Assembly (NCBI GenBank): GCA_024276015.1
Contig: JAJRXZ010000004.1
Coordinates: 20,216 to 84,215, forward strand
DNA: 64,000 nucleotides
From: Spirochaetota bacterium
Lineage (GTDB): Bacteria > Spirochaetota > UBA4802 > UBA5550
Reading direction: 5' to 3'
Part shown: positions 36,766 to 47,093 of the stretch, piece by piece
Numbering within the stretch: the first letter of the stretch is position 1
Layout of the letters: each line of letters starts with the position of its first letter
Translations under genes and position numbers: made by a program
Notes under the pieces: generated by a model
Told to the model about the DNA's origin: nothing
Databases searched by the model: none
Seen by the model: only the letters and a program-made list of their open reading frames with translations

Positions 36766-37810
36766 CGAACCTTCTTGTTGCTTCTTCTATTTCAGCGGTT
36801 TTATTCTTAACCATCCGGATCAGAAGGTCTTTCACTTTGACTCTCTCCTTGTGATTTCTGTCCAGTTTCTGTTCCAAGTCCTCAAGAATTTTTTTCAAAT
36901 TTCCGGAAGCCATGAGCTTTTTTCGCAAAAGAAAGGATTTGCTTTTATTATACTGCTGTGTTTCGTATGTAAGGTAAGCATTATACTGGCTTACAATGCA
37001 GAGTATATCCTTATAAAATCCGCTCAGCTTGTTAAAGAATCCTGAGAACGCTTTAACCAGATCTTTTTCGTTCTTAACGTCGGAATAAGTTCCTCCTGAC
37101 GAAGAAGCGATCTGTGACAATTGCCTTCTTGTTCTTCTGTCAACTCCAAGGCCTATGACAAAAACATCGGGATTTATAAGGCTTACTTTCAGGTCAATAA
37201 TTGCTTTTACAGGATTCCCTCCGCAGCTCTCCATTCCGTCGCTTATCAGGATGAGTGTGTTATTTTCATTTTCAATTCCTTTGAAGTATTCGTATGATCT
37301 GTTAAGGGTCATTGCAATGGGCGTAAGCCCTCCGGGTCTAATTGCGTCGATTTTACTATTGATTCTGCTTCTGTTGGATTTTCCTATAGGTGCAATTAAT
37401 TCGATGCTGTCCTCTCCGCAGGATGCTTTTCCATAAAGGACGAATCCGAGTCTGATAGATTGAGGCAGGGAGTCTATATATTTTTTCAGGATTTTTTTTG
37501 CAAGTCCCATTCTTGTGCCGCTTCCCAGCGCGGTTTTCATGCTTCCGGAACCGTCGAGGATCAATAAAATATTGTGCGGTTTTGCAAGCTTCAGCAAATC
37601 TGTTTTTATCATGCCGCACTTTCCGCCTCTGTTGCTTTTGACAAGAGCTTCGTTTAATCTGTGGTTATATCCGGTCCGGATCTCAAGGTCGTCAGGAAAA
37701 CCGTCATGGTCAATATCTCTGGTGAATGGAAGGTCTTTGCTGTGAGCTGCTTGGCAGAAAAATATTAACGCTATAACAAAAGTAAGTTTTAGATTTTTTC
37801 TATTTTTCAT
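36755..37810 (-). CDS. secreted von Willebrand factor type A (vWA) domain protein with a coiled-coil tail
   Basis: ATG at 37810 after GGAGG. Signal peptide. DIDHDGFPDD Ca-binding-like motif. MIDAS motif LILDGSGSM with a later SDGMES. Confidence 0.8.
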   Translation of the reverse strand: MKNRKNLKLTFVIALIFFCQAAHSKDLPFTRDIDHDGFPDDLEIRTGYNHRLNEALVKSNRGGKCGMIKTDLLKLAKPHNILLILDGSGSMKTALGSGTRMGLAKKILKKYIDSLPQSIRLGFVLYGKASCGEDSIELIAPIGKSNRSRINSKIDAIRPGGLTPIAMTLNRSYEYFKGIENENNTLILISDGMESCGGNPVKAIIDLKVSLINPDVFVIGLGVDRRTRRQLSQIASSSGGTYSDVKNEKDLVKAFSGFFNKLSGFYKDILCIVSQYNAYLTYETQQYNKSKSFLLRKKLMASGNLKKILEDLEQKLDRNHKERVKVKDLLIRMVKNKTAEIEEATRRFVTR

Positions 37811-38099
37811 AATTGCTCCTCCAATTAACAATTTTAACAATTGCGTTTATTTATTATAACATATAAAAAAATATATCCGGCACTAAAAAAGAAAATAGAT
37901 CTATATTTTTATTCAAAGATAATATTTAAGAATATTTTATTCAATTAAATTTTAAATTAGTATGCATTATTTAAAACAATAAAAAAGAATTGAAAAATTA
38001 AACAATTTGAGAAATGTGGATTATTAAGATAGAAAGTCATATACTTCCTGTCAAATGTGCCCGAGATCCGGTACAATCATTTTATTTCTTTTATTCAAT

Positions 38100-39512
38100 A
38101 TGGCTAAACAAAACAGAGCTCTTCTGGTTGAAGGCAAAATAGGCAAAACTCTTTTTTATATGTCACTGCCCATGATTGTTGGAATTATAGGCATGGTATT
38201 ATTTAATCTTGTTGATACATATTTTGTGGGACGTCTCGGTGCGGATGAACTTGCTGCAATCAGTTTTACATTTCCAGTGATTTTTTTGATCGGCAGTATT
38301 ACAATGGGACTGGGAATAGGAACATCGTCGGTAATATCCAGGGCTATCGGCGAAGGGAATAACTATAAGGTTCAGCGTTTGACAACAGATTCAATAATTC
38401 TTTCAATTATTCTATCGGCAATATTTCTTCTGGCCGGTCTGTTAACCATCAGGCCGCTTTTCAGGCTGATGGGAGCAACTTCTGAAGTTTTGCCGCTGAT
38501 TGAAGAGTATATGTCTATATGGTATCTTGGTATGCCCTTTGTAATTATTCCAATGGTAGGGAATAATGCCATCAGGGCAACCGGGGATACTAAGACTCCC
38601 GCATTAATAATGTTTACAGCAATTGTTGTAAATATTACTCTCGATCCTCTGCTGATATTCGGGCCGGGCCCTTTCCCGAGGCTGGAACTGAAAGGAGCCG
38701 CTATAGCAACGGTTATTGCAAGAGCCGTAACCATGATAGTTGCATTTTATGTACTCTATAGAAGGGATAAAATGGTTACCTTTGCAAAACCTGAAATAAA
38801 GGATGTTATGGGCTCATGGAAAAAGATATTGTATATAGGTCTCCCCGCAGCCGGTACAAATCTTATAATACCTCTTTCGATCGGTATTATTACCCGTCTC
38901 ATATCGCAGTATGGAAAAAATGCTGTGGCTGCCTTTGGAGTAGGATCAAAGGTTGAGATGTTTGCAATGGCTGTTATTATGGCTCTCTCTTCTGTTCTTG
39001 CTCCCTTTGTGGGTCAGAACTGGGGCGCTGAAAAGATCGGAAGGATCAACAGGGGGATTCGCATAAGTCAGTTTTTTTCTTTGATCTGGGGGGTGGCGCT
39101 TTTTTTTCTTTTTCTGTTTATGTCGGACCGGATAGCCGGTATTTTTAATGACAATGTTGAAATTGTAAATTTAACGTCGCTCTATTTGATCATTCTCTCT
39201 GTCAGCTACGGATTTCAGGGTGTCCTGAGATTGTCAGGATCTGCATTGAATGCGCTGAATAAACCTCTGCCCTCTGCGGCGCTGTCCATTCTGCAGATGT
39301 TTGTACTTTATATCCCTCTGGCTTTGATCGGATCAAAGATGACAGGTATTAAAGGTATTTTCGCAGCAGGGGCAATTGCAAATATTGCTGCCGGGAGCGC
39401 TGCATTTTTGCTGTTAAGGCGTTTCACCACTTCAAACGGGGCGGGTGATAGGGGTGCAGATGTGATCTCTGAAGCCGATATTTTCGGCCGGAAATCGGAC
39501 GATCTTTTATAA
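38100..39512 (+). CDS. MATE family efflux transporter
   Basis: 12-TM pattern. N-terminus GKIGKTLFYMSLPMIVG...DTYFVGRLG is typical of MATE/NorM. Confidence 0.88.
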   Translation: MAKQNRALLVEGKIGKTLFYMSLPMIVGIIGMVLFNLVDTYFVGRLGADELAAISFTFPVIFLIGSITMGLGIGTSSVISRAIGEGNNYKVQRLTTDSIILSIILSAIFLLAGLLTIRPLFRLMGATSEVLPLIEEYMSIWYLGMPFVIIPMVGNNAIRATGDTKTPALIMFTAIVVNITLDPLLIFGPGPFPRLELKGAAIATVIARAVTMIVAFYVLYRRDKMVTFAKPEIKDVMGSWKKILYIGLPAAGTNLIIPLSIGIITRLISQYGKNAVAAFGVGSKVEMFAMAVIMALSSVLAPFVGQNWGAEKIGRINRGIRISQFFSLIWGVALFFLFLFMSDRIAGIFNDNVEIVNLTSLYLIILSVSYGFQGVLRLSGSALNALNKPLPSAALSILQMFVLYIPLALIGSKMTGIKGIFAAGAIANIAAGSAAFLLLRRFTTSNGAGDRGADVISEADIFGRKSDDLL

Positions 39513-40199
39513 TGCCTGCCCCTTCTTAATATGAGATATCTTTATTCTTATATTCTTTGCCCGGAACGTGATCAATTTGCTGTTTTTTATTTTCAGCAGG
39601 TCATATTCCAAAAATGTTCCGTGTCTGCTTTTCTCAGGAATAATTACGCGTAATTTCGATGTGGTGTGGATCCTTCCGATACCTTTACATACATGACACT
39701 GTGAATCCCTGCCGTAACAGATGGGGCAGTGCATTCTCGCAGGCAGTTCGATAAAGGCAATTGCCCCTGTCTGAGCTTCCTCCTCGGTAATTAATATTTC
39801 AATATCCTGTCCGATATTATTGAGTATTTCATCTCTTTTCATTTTTTTCCTGAGCAGCCGAGCCTTGAGCATTCTCTTTAATGATGTTGAGTATTTTATT
39901 CTGCTGCCCGGTATTACAGGCAGTATTTCTTTTTTGCTGTTTACCATTATTTTTTTAAATAGCTGGTTGTCATATTCCTCTCTCGAATTACTGTCGGAAA
40001 GAATTCTGTGGCCTGTTATTAAAGATTCGATCAGTTCAATAGCATTATCCGGGCTTTCTTCGGAAGTGTCAGGGTGATAACGTTTAATGAGAGTTCTGAA
40101 GGCAGAATTTATTTCATCTTTTCCCGCGTTATAGGGTACATTTAAAATGCTGTAATAATCTATGAGATTACCGTTTCTGTCGCAGAATTTATTATCCAT
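39507..40199 (-). CDS. J-domain protein with a CxxC-type zinc knuckle
   Basis: DYYSILNVPYNAGKDEINSAFRTLIKRYHPD (HPD motif). CPICYGRDSQCHVCKGIG. I prefer the ATG at 40199 over 40241. Confidence 0.75.
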   Translation of the reverse strand: MDNKFCDRNGNLIDYYSILNVPYNAGKDEINSAFRTLIKRYHPDTSEESPDNAIELIESLITGHRILSDSNSREEYDNQLFKKIMVNSKKEILPVIPGSRIKYSTSLKRMLKARLLRKKMKRDEILNNIGQDIEILITEEEAQTGAIAFIELPARMHCPICYGRDSQCHVCKGIGRIHTTSKLRVIIPEKSRHGTFLEYDLLKIKNSKLITFRAKNIRIKISHIKKGQAL

Positions 40200-40204
40200 A
40201 GTAA

Positions 40205-40606
40205 TCAATATAATGTAATGTAAGGTTTTAGTAAACAGCAAAAAAAGTATAATTTAATATTTTCGTCTGGAATATATTGGGTCATGCATATTACACGGTG
40301 GGCAACTTCAAAATAGTCGCCCGAACCTCCCATTACAAGAATTGACGATATTCCCAAATCGGTATAGAGCTGTTTGATTTTATCTATACTGCTTTTTGAA
40401 GAGAATGTCTCTTCGGGGAATTTAGACAGTTTCTGTGAAACTCTGACTCTGATCCGGCTGGGAGTTGCAAAGGGGTCCCCCTGAACATGGTCAATATACA
40501 GTGTAAAGAATTCATCACGGTAAGTATCTTTAATGTTTTTGTATGCTTTATAGCTGCGGTTATTAATTTTTAATATTGTTGATTTTAATTCGTCAAAGCG
40601 TTTCAT
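40205..40606 (-). pseudogene. remnant of a COG3044/PF09818-type predicted ABC-class ATPase with a large internal deletion
   Basis: The N-terminal segment (SYKAYKNIKDTYRDEFFTLYIDHVQGDPFATPSRIRVRV) is joined directly to a C-terminal segment (GISSILVMGGSGDYFEVAHRVICM). The Walker A core of a protein that is normally about 550 aa is missing. Confidence 0.6.
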
Positions 40607-40819
40607 ACTTTGTCATTGATAGCTGATTTTTTGATCATCAATCGAAATATATTATTAAAGAACATAATAGTTATTTAAGCAAGGAATAATTATAAAATTA
40701 AATGGTTGACCATAGAAAAATTATATATATTATGAGAATGTCTATATTTTTAAAGCCGCAGATTGATCTGAAATCAATTGTTAATGCAGTTGGCAACATT
40801 TTAAAGGGAAAGTAATATA

Positions 40820-43222
40820 ATGGCATCCATGGATTCCCCTCTTTTGCTTATTATTGATGATGAGGAGTATTTTTGTGAGCTGCTTTCGGCTTTTTTTGAA
40901 GATTACGGATTCAGCGTTTTAACTGCCACTCAGGGGAACAGGGGTATCGAGCTTTTTGATGAGAGTAAACCGGATATTGTACTGCTTGATCTTCATATAC
41001 CTGAAGTGCACGGTCTTAAAATACTGAAATATATTAAAGAATATTCTGAAAATACTCCTGTGATCGTGATTTCAGGCACCGGGGATATAAATGATGTTGT
41101 GGAAGCTCTGCGTCTCGGCGCATGGGATTATATTATAAAACCGATAAGGGGACTGGAGTTTCTGCATCATTCGGTGAAGAGGAATATTGAACGTTCCAGA
41201 CTGATCAAAGATAATAAGCTGTATCAGGAGGAACTTGAAGAGAAGGTACAAAGAAGAACCGCTGAGCTGAATCGGGCAAACAGCGAACTGCTGCAAATTA
41301 ATGAACGTCTCAGAAGGATTGTTGAAACTACAAGAGAAATATCCCGCCATACTGAATTGAGAGAATTTCTGAAGAGCCTTCTTGAGGAGTATGCCATATT
41401 GATGTCTGCACAGGGAGGTTCGGTTTATCTCTTTGAAAAGGGAGTGTTTAACCTTGTAAGTTCTCTGGACCCGGGTCATGCTCCGGAGTCAGTATCTTTG
41501 CATTCTCATGGGGAGTCGGTGTTTAACAAATTAATAATGGAAAAAGAGCCTCTTTTAATACAAGACATAGATAAATATAAATATATTAAGACAAGCGGCT
41601 GGAAAGGATATAGCCATAATTCATTCCTTGCTTTTCCGTTACTTGATGTAAAAAATAGTGTTGCAGCCCTGATCTCACTTCACAATAAGACCGACCCTCC
41701 TTTTGTTGAGCAGGATAAAGAGATAGGGGCAATTCTTTCATCATATTGCTGCCAGGCATTGAGCAAGATCAAAACAAATGAAGCTTTAAGGATAAGCGAA
41801 GAAAAATACAGAAAACTTTTTAATAATGCAATTGATGCGATCTATCTTTGGCGGTTAAATGATGACGGAACATTTGGGGAATGTATTGAGGTCAATTCCG
41901 TAGCAAGCAGCATGTCAGGCTACAGCAAGGAAGAACTGCTGGCCTTAACTCCCGGCGATCTTTTCGACGAATCATCCGGAGAAAAGCTTCATGAAATTGC
42001 TGACAGGCTTTTGAAGGAGGGTTTCTCCTCTGACGAATTGATCTATGTTGCAAAGGATAAAAACAGGATCCCGGTTGAAATTAATTCTCATATGTTCAGA
42101 CTTCAGGACAAAGATGTTGTTTTGTCTATAAGCAGGGATATTACAAGCAGAAAGCTTGCAGAAACCAGGATTATATCTTCTCTGAAAGAGAAAGAAATAA
42201 TGCTGAAGGAAATACATCACAGAGTTAAGAATAACATGCAGGTTATTTCCAGCCTTCTTGATCTCCAGGCTAATTACGTTTTAGATGATCAGTATCGAAA
42301 GCTTTTCATTGAAAGCCAGAAAAGAGTATTTTCAATGGCGTTGGTTCATGAGATGCTTTATCAGTCGGAAAATTTCTCAGAAATTGATTTTGGCAAATAT
42401 ATAAAAGATCTGACGGGTGAGTTGTTCAATACATACAGGAGAGACAAGGATAGAATTAATATTTCCATTGAAGCTGAAAATATATTTATCAGTATTGACA
42501 ATGCCATTCCATGCGCATTAATAATAAATGAACTTGTGTCAAATTCATTAAAATACGCATTTTCCGGTAAGGAACATGGTTCTTTAAAGATCAAGTTCGT
42601 TAAAGAGAGCGGGGATTTTATCTTGACTGTTGTTGATAACGGTATAGGTCTCCCCGAAGATTTTAATATAGAAGAAAGTAAATCTCTGGGCCTTCACCTT
42701 GTAGATGCACTGGTGACTCAACTGAGAGCTTCGCTTGATATAAAAACCCGTAATGGAACCGAGTTTGTAATTAAATTTCCTTCCGGAAATCATTCCGATT
42801 ACAGCTGTATGAGTTCACGTAATGGAGCAGCTTCGGCCCAAGTGAAAAGCAAAATAAGAGTTATAATTGTCGAAGATGAAAATGTTACCGCGGAATATAT
42901 AAAAAAGATTCTTATTTCAGAAGGTTTTGACGTGTTGAAAATATTTGATTGCGGTGAAGATGCTGCTGCATTTATTAATGAAAACAGGCCCGATATGATA
43001 ATCATGGATATATTTTTAAGCGGGAAGATCAACGGATTTGAAACGTATGAAATAATTAAGAAAAAACACCTAATACCCGTTATATTTTCGTCGGTGCGGT
43101 CCAGGCAATTTGAAGACCATAAAGCCGAAAATTTCAATAAGAAGGGAATGGAGTATATTGACAAACCCGTTACCAGATCGAGGTTGTTGTCGGCGATTAA
43201 TAGAATTATTGCTGACAGATAA
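40820..43222 (+). CDS. hybrid sensor kinase: REC-GAF-PAS-HisKA_2-HATPase-REC
   Basis: N-terminal receiver (LLIIDDEE...DIVLLDLHIP), H-box EIHHRVKNNMQVISSLL, ATPase VVDNGIGLP, and a C-terminal receiver (VIIVEDEN...DMIIMDIFL). Confidence 0.88.
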   Translation: MASMDSPLLLIIDDEEYFCELLSAFFEDYGFSVLTATQGNRGIELFDESKPDIVLLDLHIPEVHGLKILKYIKEYSENTPVIVISGTGDINDVVEALRLGAWDYIIKPIRGLEFLHHSVKRNIERSRLIKDNKLYQEELEEKVQRRTAELNRANSELLQINERLRRIVETTREISRHTELREFLKSLLEEYAILMSAQGGSVYLFEKGVFNLVSSLDPGHAPESVSLHSHGESVFNKLIMEKEPLLIQDIDKYKYIKTSGWKGYSHNSFLAFPLLDVKNSVAALISLHNKTDPPFVEQDKEIGAILSSYCCQALSKIKTNEALRISEEKYRKLFNNAIDAIYLWRLNDDGTFGECIEVNSVASSMSGYSKEELLALTPGDLFDESSGEKLHEIADRLLKEGFSSDELIYVAKDKNRIPVEINSHMFRLQDKDVVLSISRDITSRKLAETRIISSLKEKEIMLKEIHHRVKNNMQVISSLLDLQANYVLDDQYRKLFIESQKRVFSMALVHEMLYQSENFSEIDFGKYIKDLTGELFNTYRRDKDRINISIEAENIFISIDNAIPCALIINELVSNSLKYAFSGKEHGSLKIKFVKESGDFILTVVDNGIGLPEDFNIEESKSLGLHLVDALVTQLRASLDIKTRNGTEFVIKFPSGNHSDYSCMSSRNGAASAQVKSKIRVIIVEDENVTAEYIKKILISEGFDVLKIFDCGEDAAAFINENRPDMIIMDIFLSGKINGFETYEIIKKKHLIPVIFSSVRSRQFEDHKAENFNKKGMEYIDKPVTRSRLLSAINRIIADR

Positions 43223-43294
43223 TTTACCGGTTCTCTATGTTCTGTTTGGGCATATTTCCTTGACTTATATTGAAGAGAATAATTATAAATATAT

Positions 43295-43400
43295 TATACC
43301 GATCATCATTGAAAATTTCCATATTAAACGAATCGGTATATAATTTGATCAGGATTTTGCCCTTTGCAGAAGGACAAAATCGATGCTTTTCGATATATAT
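43295..43400 (+). repeat. conserved upstream element, copy D (modules 1+2+3)
   Basis: TATACCGAT-N28-ATCGGTATATAAT, then CAGGATTTTGCCCTTTGCAGAAGGACAAAATCGATGCTTTTCGATATATAT. It ends 47 nt before the ATG at 43448. Confidence 0.88.
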
Positions 43401-43447
43401 TGAACCGTCTTTCTTTAATAACCGACACTTTACGAATGAGGTAAGTA

Positions 43448-45283
43448 ATGAAAAGAATAAACGATTTTACAATCAGGACCAGGCTTTTATCCGCCTTCTC
43501 AATTATAATAATATTGATGGCTGCAATGGGAGCGGTGAGTTATTACAGTAATTATTCTATCACGGAAAACACTATTGCAATGCTCAATACCGATGCAAAA
43601 TTTGCCGAATATTCTGCCGGTTTACGAGCTCATATTTACGGCATGAGACAATATGAGAAGGACATGTTTATTAACATTATGCCGGGCGCAAAAGCCGAAT
43701 TCTATCTGGATAACTGGGAAGACCAGTATAAGGAGAGTATGATAAAGATTGAGGAGATGAAAAGGATTGCATCCGAATCCTTTAAAGACGAGGTTCTGTA
43801 TATAAATAATTTGAGCATGCTGTTAGAAAATTACAGGAAAGGGTTTTTGGACGTATATAGACAGATCAATAGCGGCAAGATCAAAACTACGAAAGGCGCA
43901 AGTGATTCAATTAAAGAATATCAGGAGGATATTGACTCTGTTGTGAAACATGCAAAATATCTAACGGATAAATATACGAATAAAATACATTTGATTGAAA
44001 AAAGAGTGAAATTAAGATCTGATGCTTCGGCAATTATTATTTTTGCTTTCGTAATTGCTTCAATAATAATCAGCATTCTCATCAGTTCGGTTATCAGGAA
44101 GGGGATTGTAAATCCCATACAGCAGGGACTTGATTATGCAAAGAACCTTTCTGCCGGAAATTTTACAGCGAGAATAAACATCGATCAGGATGACGAACTG
44201 GGACAGCTTGGCAGAGCATTGAACGAAGCTTCGATTAAACTTGAAAGATTGATTCTTAATGTAGTTAAGAGCTCTCAAAATCTCTCTTATGCAATTAAAC
44301 AGATTGCATCCGGCAATCAGGATCTGTCCGGCAGAGTATCGGAACAGGCATCGTCGCTGGAAGAAATTGCCTCAACTGTGGAAGAGACAGGAGCCACAGT
44401 AAGGCTTAATACCGATAATGCGATTAAGGCAAATGAACTTGCAGAGAGATCTTTCAGACTCGCAGAACAGGGGGGAAGGATATCAGATGACGCTGTTAAA
44501 GGCATTGAAGAGATAAATGAAGTAAGTGCAAAAATATATGATATAACCGGAGTTATTAATGAGATATCTTTTCAGACGAATCTCCTTGCGCTTAACGCTG
44601 CTGTTGAGGCCGCAAGGGCAGGAGAAGCAGGCCGCGGTTTTGCAGTAGTAGCCGGAGAGATCAGAAATCTTGCTCAGAGATCGGGCAATGCTGCCAGAGA
44701 GATCGAAGGTCTTATAAAAGATACGGTAAAAAAAATAGAGAATGGTTCCGAGCTTGTTAATCAGAGCGGAAGATCTTTAAAGGATATTATTAATGCAGTT
44801 AAAGAAGTAAGCAGAATTGTTTCGGAAATAACAGCGGCAAGCCGGGAGCAGCTTCAGGGTATTGAACAGCTTACAATTGCTGTTACGGAAATGGACAGCA
44901 TGACACAGCAGAACGCTTCTCTTGTGGAAGAAACCGCTTCTGCAAGCGAGGAGATGGCCAATCAATCTAAAGAATTGATCCGACTGACGGAAGTTTTTAA
45001 GATCGGCTCATTAAAAGAGAAGAGAGAATCGGGAGCATTCGTATCAGTAAAGGAGCTTCGGGATGAAAGAGATCTATTGGAAAAGAGAAGTGTTTCTGAA
45101 AAAAGAATGATAAACGATTCGGCAAAAAGTGAGGTTAATAATATGGGACAGTATAGAACAGGTGGAGCAAAAATTGCTGAAAATGTCAGGAGTAACGGTT
45201 CGAAGAAGGAGGATCTGTTCTTAGCTGATGAATCTCCTGATATAAAGAAGGTATTATCTGAAGAAGGTTTCGAAGAGTTTTGA
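43448..45283 (+). CDS. methyl-accepting chemotaxis protein (periplasmic sensor, HAMP, MA domain)
   Basis: Two TMs, HAMP, and the highly conserved [41 protein letters not shown]. Confidence 0.93.
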   Translation: MKRINDFTIRTRLLSAFSIIIILMAAMGAVSYYSNYSITENTIAMLNTDAKFAEYSAGLRAHIYGMRQYEKDMFINIMPGAKAEFYLDNWEDQYKESMIKIEEMKRIASESFKDEVLYINNLSMLLENYRKGFLDVYRQINSGKIKTTKGASDSIKEYQEDIDSVVKHAKYLTDKYTNKIHLIEKRVKLRSDASAIIIFAFVIASIIISILISSVIRKGIVNPIQQGLDYAKNLSAGNFTARINIDQDDELGQLGRALNEASIKLERLILNVVKSSQNLSYAIKQIASGNQDLSGRVSEQASSLEEIASTVEETGATVRLNTDNAIKANELAERSFRLAEQGGRISDDAVKGIEEINEVSAKIYDITGVINEISFQTNLLALNAAVEAARAGEAGRGFAVVAGEIRNLAQRSGNAAREIEGLIKDTVKKIENGSELVNQSGRSLKDIINAVKEVSRIVSEITAASREQLQGIEQLTIAVTEMDSMTQQNASLVEETASASEEMANQSKELIRLTEVFKIGSLKEKRESGAFVSVKELRDERDLLEKRSVSEKRMINDSAKSEVNNMGQYRTGGAKIAENVRSNGSKKEDLFLADESPDIKKVLSEEGFEEF

Positions 45284-45313
45284 TATAATTAAACAATTTT
45301 CAGGTGCAATGAA

Positions 45314-45808
45314 ATGAACAACACAACTAACAAAGATATTTACCGTAGTCTGAACATAAATGAATCGAATCAGTATGTAACATTTACCATAGACGATGAG
45401 ATTTACGGCGTTGACGTTTTAAAAGTATATGAGATCGTAGGCATGACTAAGATCACGTATGTTCCAAACAGCATGAATTATATGAAGGGCGTTATAGATC
45501 TCAGAGGGCGTGTGATACCGGTTGTTGATATGAGATTGAAGTTTAATATGGATGAACGTGAATATGATGATATAACGGTAATACTGATTGTGGAAGTAAT
45601 GGACAAACTTATAGGCATGATAGTGGATACGGTTTCCGACGTAATAGGGCTCCCGGAGGGGAGCATTCAGGATACTCCGCATTTCAGCGCAAAGATTGAT
45701 TCCGATTATATAAGCGGCATAGGCAGAAATAACGGTGATCTTATTATATTAATTGATGTTGATAAGATTTTAACATGGGACGAGCTTGAGAGAATTAACA
45801 GAGGTTAG
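45314..45808 (+). CDS. cheW: chemotaxis coupling protein CheW
   Basis: 164 aa with YVTFTIDDEIYGVDVLKVYEI...KGVIDLRGRVIPVVDMR. Confidence 0.9.
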   Translation: MNNTTNKDIYRSLNINESNQYVTFTIDDEIYGVDVLKVYEIVGMTKITYVPNSMNYMKGVIDLRGRVIPVVDMRLKFNMDEREYDDITVILIVEVMDKLIGMIVDTVSDVIGLPEGSIQDTPHFSAKIDSDYISGIGRNNGDLIILIDVDKILTWDELERINRG

Positions 45809-45944
45809 GATCGGATGCTGTTCCGGACAATGTGCAGAAAAGACGTTGAAAGAATTTATGAGCTTGAAAAGGAGCAGGTCAATCTCTGAATAAAATAAAA
45901 AATGATGGTCTGATTTTAACGGCCGGCAATAAAAGGGTTTACTA

Positions 45945-46847
45945 TCAATTTTTTACGCGTATACTGTGATTGTGAATTCTGTGATTTTTCAGGAGCTCTT
46001 CCAAATCCTCTCTGCTGAGAATTTTTTCTTGCACAAAATACTCTCCAATATGAGATTGAATATTCTGCTGTTTGGCAATAATTGCATTATGCTGAAATAT
46101 ACTAATGTACCCAAGCCTTACTGCGCATTCGCCGAATTTTTCAAAGGGATTTCTATTTCGCAGAATATTGATGATGTCTTTTGTGCCGATGAGATTCCAT
46201 TTTTGTGCGATCTTTCCATAGGGATCTCTCTGATTCCTCTGCCAGAATATTGCATCAAGAAGCATTCTGAAAGTTATATATCCGGAATAATAAAGGTATT
46301 GTCCGAAAAGTAATTCGAAATTTTTTGGGATATTTTTGGGGATAAATGAATTATGTTTTGTTCTGTTTCGGCTGCTGCCCGATGTTGAAGATGATGATTT
46401 ATTTTTATATGAATATGAACTGTTATTATAATAAGAATAATTGCTGCTGTTCCTCTCTGCGGAAGTTTTTTCCTGTTTCTTTTTATAGTTCTTTGAGTAT
46501 TCTTTCCATTGTGATTTAGTATAAGTTTTTTTATTTGAACCGGAATTTCTTTTTATGTTTCTGTATACCTCGGATCTTTTTTGTTCTATATATTGATAAA
46601 GGCTCTGATACGCCGAAGTGAGTTCACGAAATCTTTTTGCTAAAATTTTTTCATTAATTCCCAGATGTTTGGACCTGTCGGGATGAGTTTCCAGCGCTTT
46701 TGCCCTGTATGCCGCTTTTATTTTTGACAAGTGCAGATCATTAATACTGTTTATATTAAAATTGTTTTCCTGAGAAAATAGTAATCTATAAGCCTGAAGA
46801 AGTTTTTTTTCTTTATTTTGATTAACAGGTTTGTTCATATTCTCCAC
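45945..46847 (-). CDS. J-domain protein with a Ser/Asn/Tyr-rich linker and a C-terminal helical repeat region
   Basis: KAAYRAKALETHPDR (HPD). Low-complexity SSNYSYYNNSSYSYKNKSSSS. The C-terminus resembles GspE-N/MshEN-like repeats. Confidence 0.7.
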   Translation of the reverse strand: MENMNKPVNQNKEKKLLQAYRLLFSQENNFNINSINDLHLSKIKAAYRAKALETHPDRSKHLGINEKILAKRFRELTSAYQSLYQYIEQKRSEVYRNIKRNSGSNKKTYTKSQWKEYSKNYKKKQEKTSAERNSSNYSYYNNSSYSYKNKSSSSTSGSSRNRTKHNSFIPKNIPKNFELLFGQYLYYSGYITFRMLLDAIFWQRNQRDPYGKIAQKWNLIGTKDIINILRNRNPFEKFGECAVRLGYISIFQHNAIIAKQQNIQSHIGEYFVQEKILSREDLEELLKNHRIHNHSIRVKN

Positions 46848-46999
46848 CGGAGCAGCAAAGTAATAGGTTATTTAATAATGGTTCAAATATAATAATTTCA
46901 ATTGTTTTTTATGTTTATAGTAATATTTTCGGAAAACTACCAAACAAATGTGATAAATTTTAAGAAATTGAATTATTGTTTGCAGAAATAATAATATAT

Positions 47000-47029
47000 T
47001 TGACAAATTGTTGTTAAAGGATGTAATAT
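47000..47029 (+). promoter_or_regulatory. candidate sigma70-type promoter
   Basis: TTGACA (47000-47005), an 18-nt spacer, then TAATAT (47024-47029). It lies 65 nt upstream of the ATG at 47094. Confidence 0.35.
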
Positions 47030-47093
47030 TCAAAAAAAAACTAAAACCTGAAGATTCTTAATCTTTTTTACCGGAACAATAAATAAGTAATAT

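Noticed and set aside
11610-43400. The four conserved elements as a CRISPR array or a tandem repeat.
   Set aside because: The copies are 3-19 kb apart and separated by ordinary genes. They are not regularly spaced, and no cas genes are present.
45815-45889. A 24-codon ORF (MLFRTMCRKDVERIYELEKEQVNL) after cheW that resembles the N-terminus of a RimI-type GNAT.
   Set aside because: It is too short to support. It could be a gene remnant, but the similarity is only a loose pattern match.
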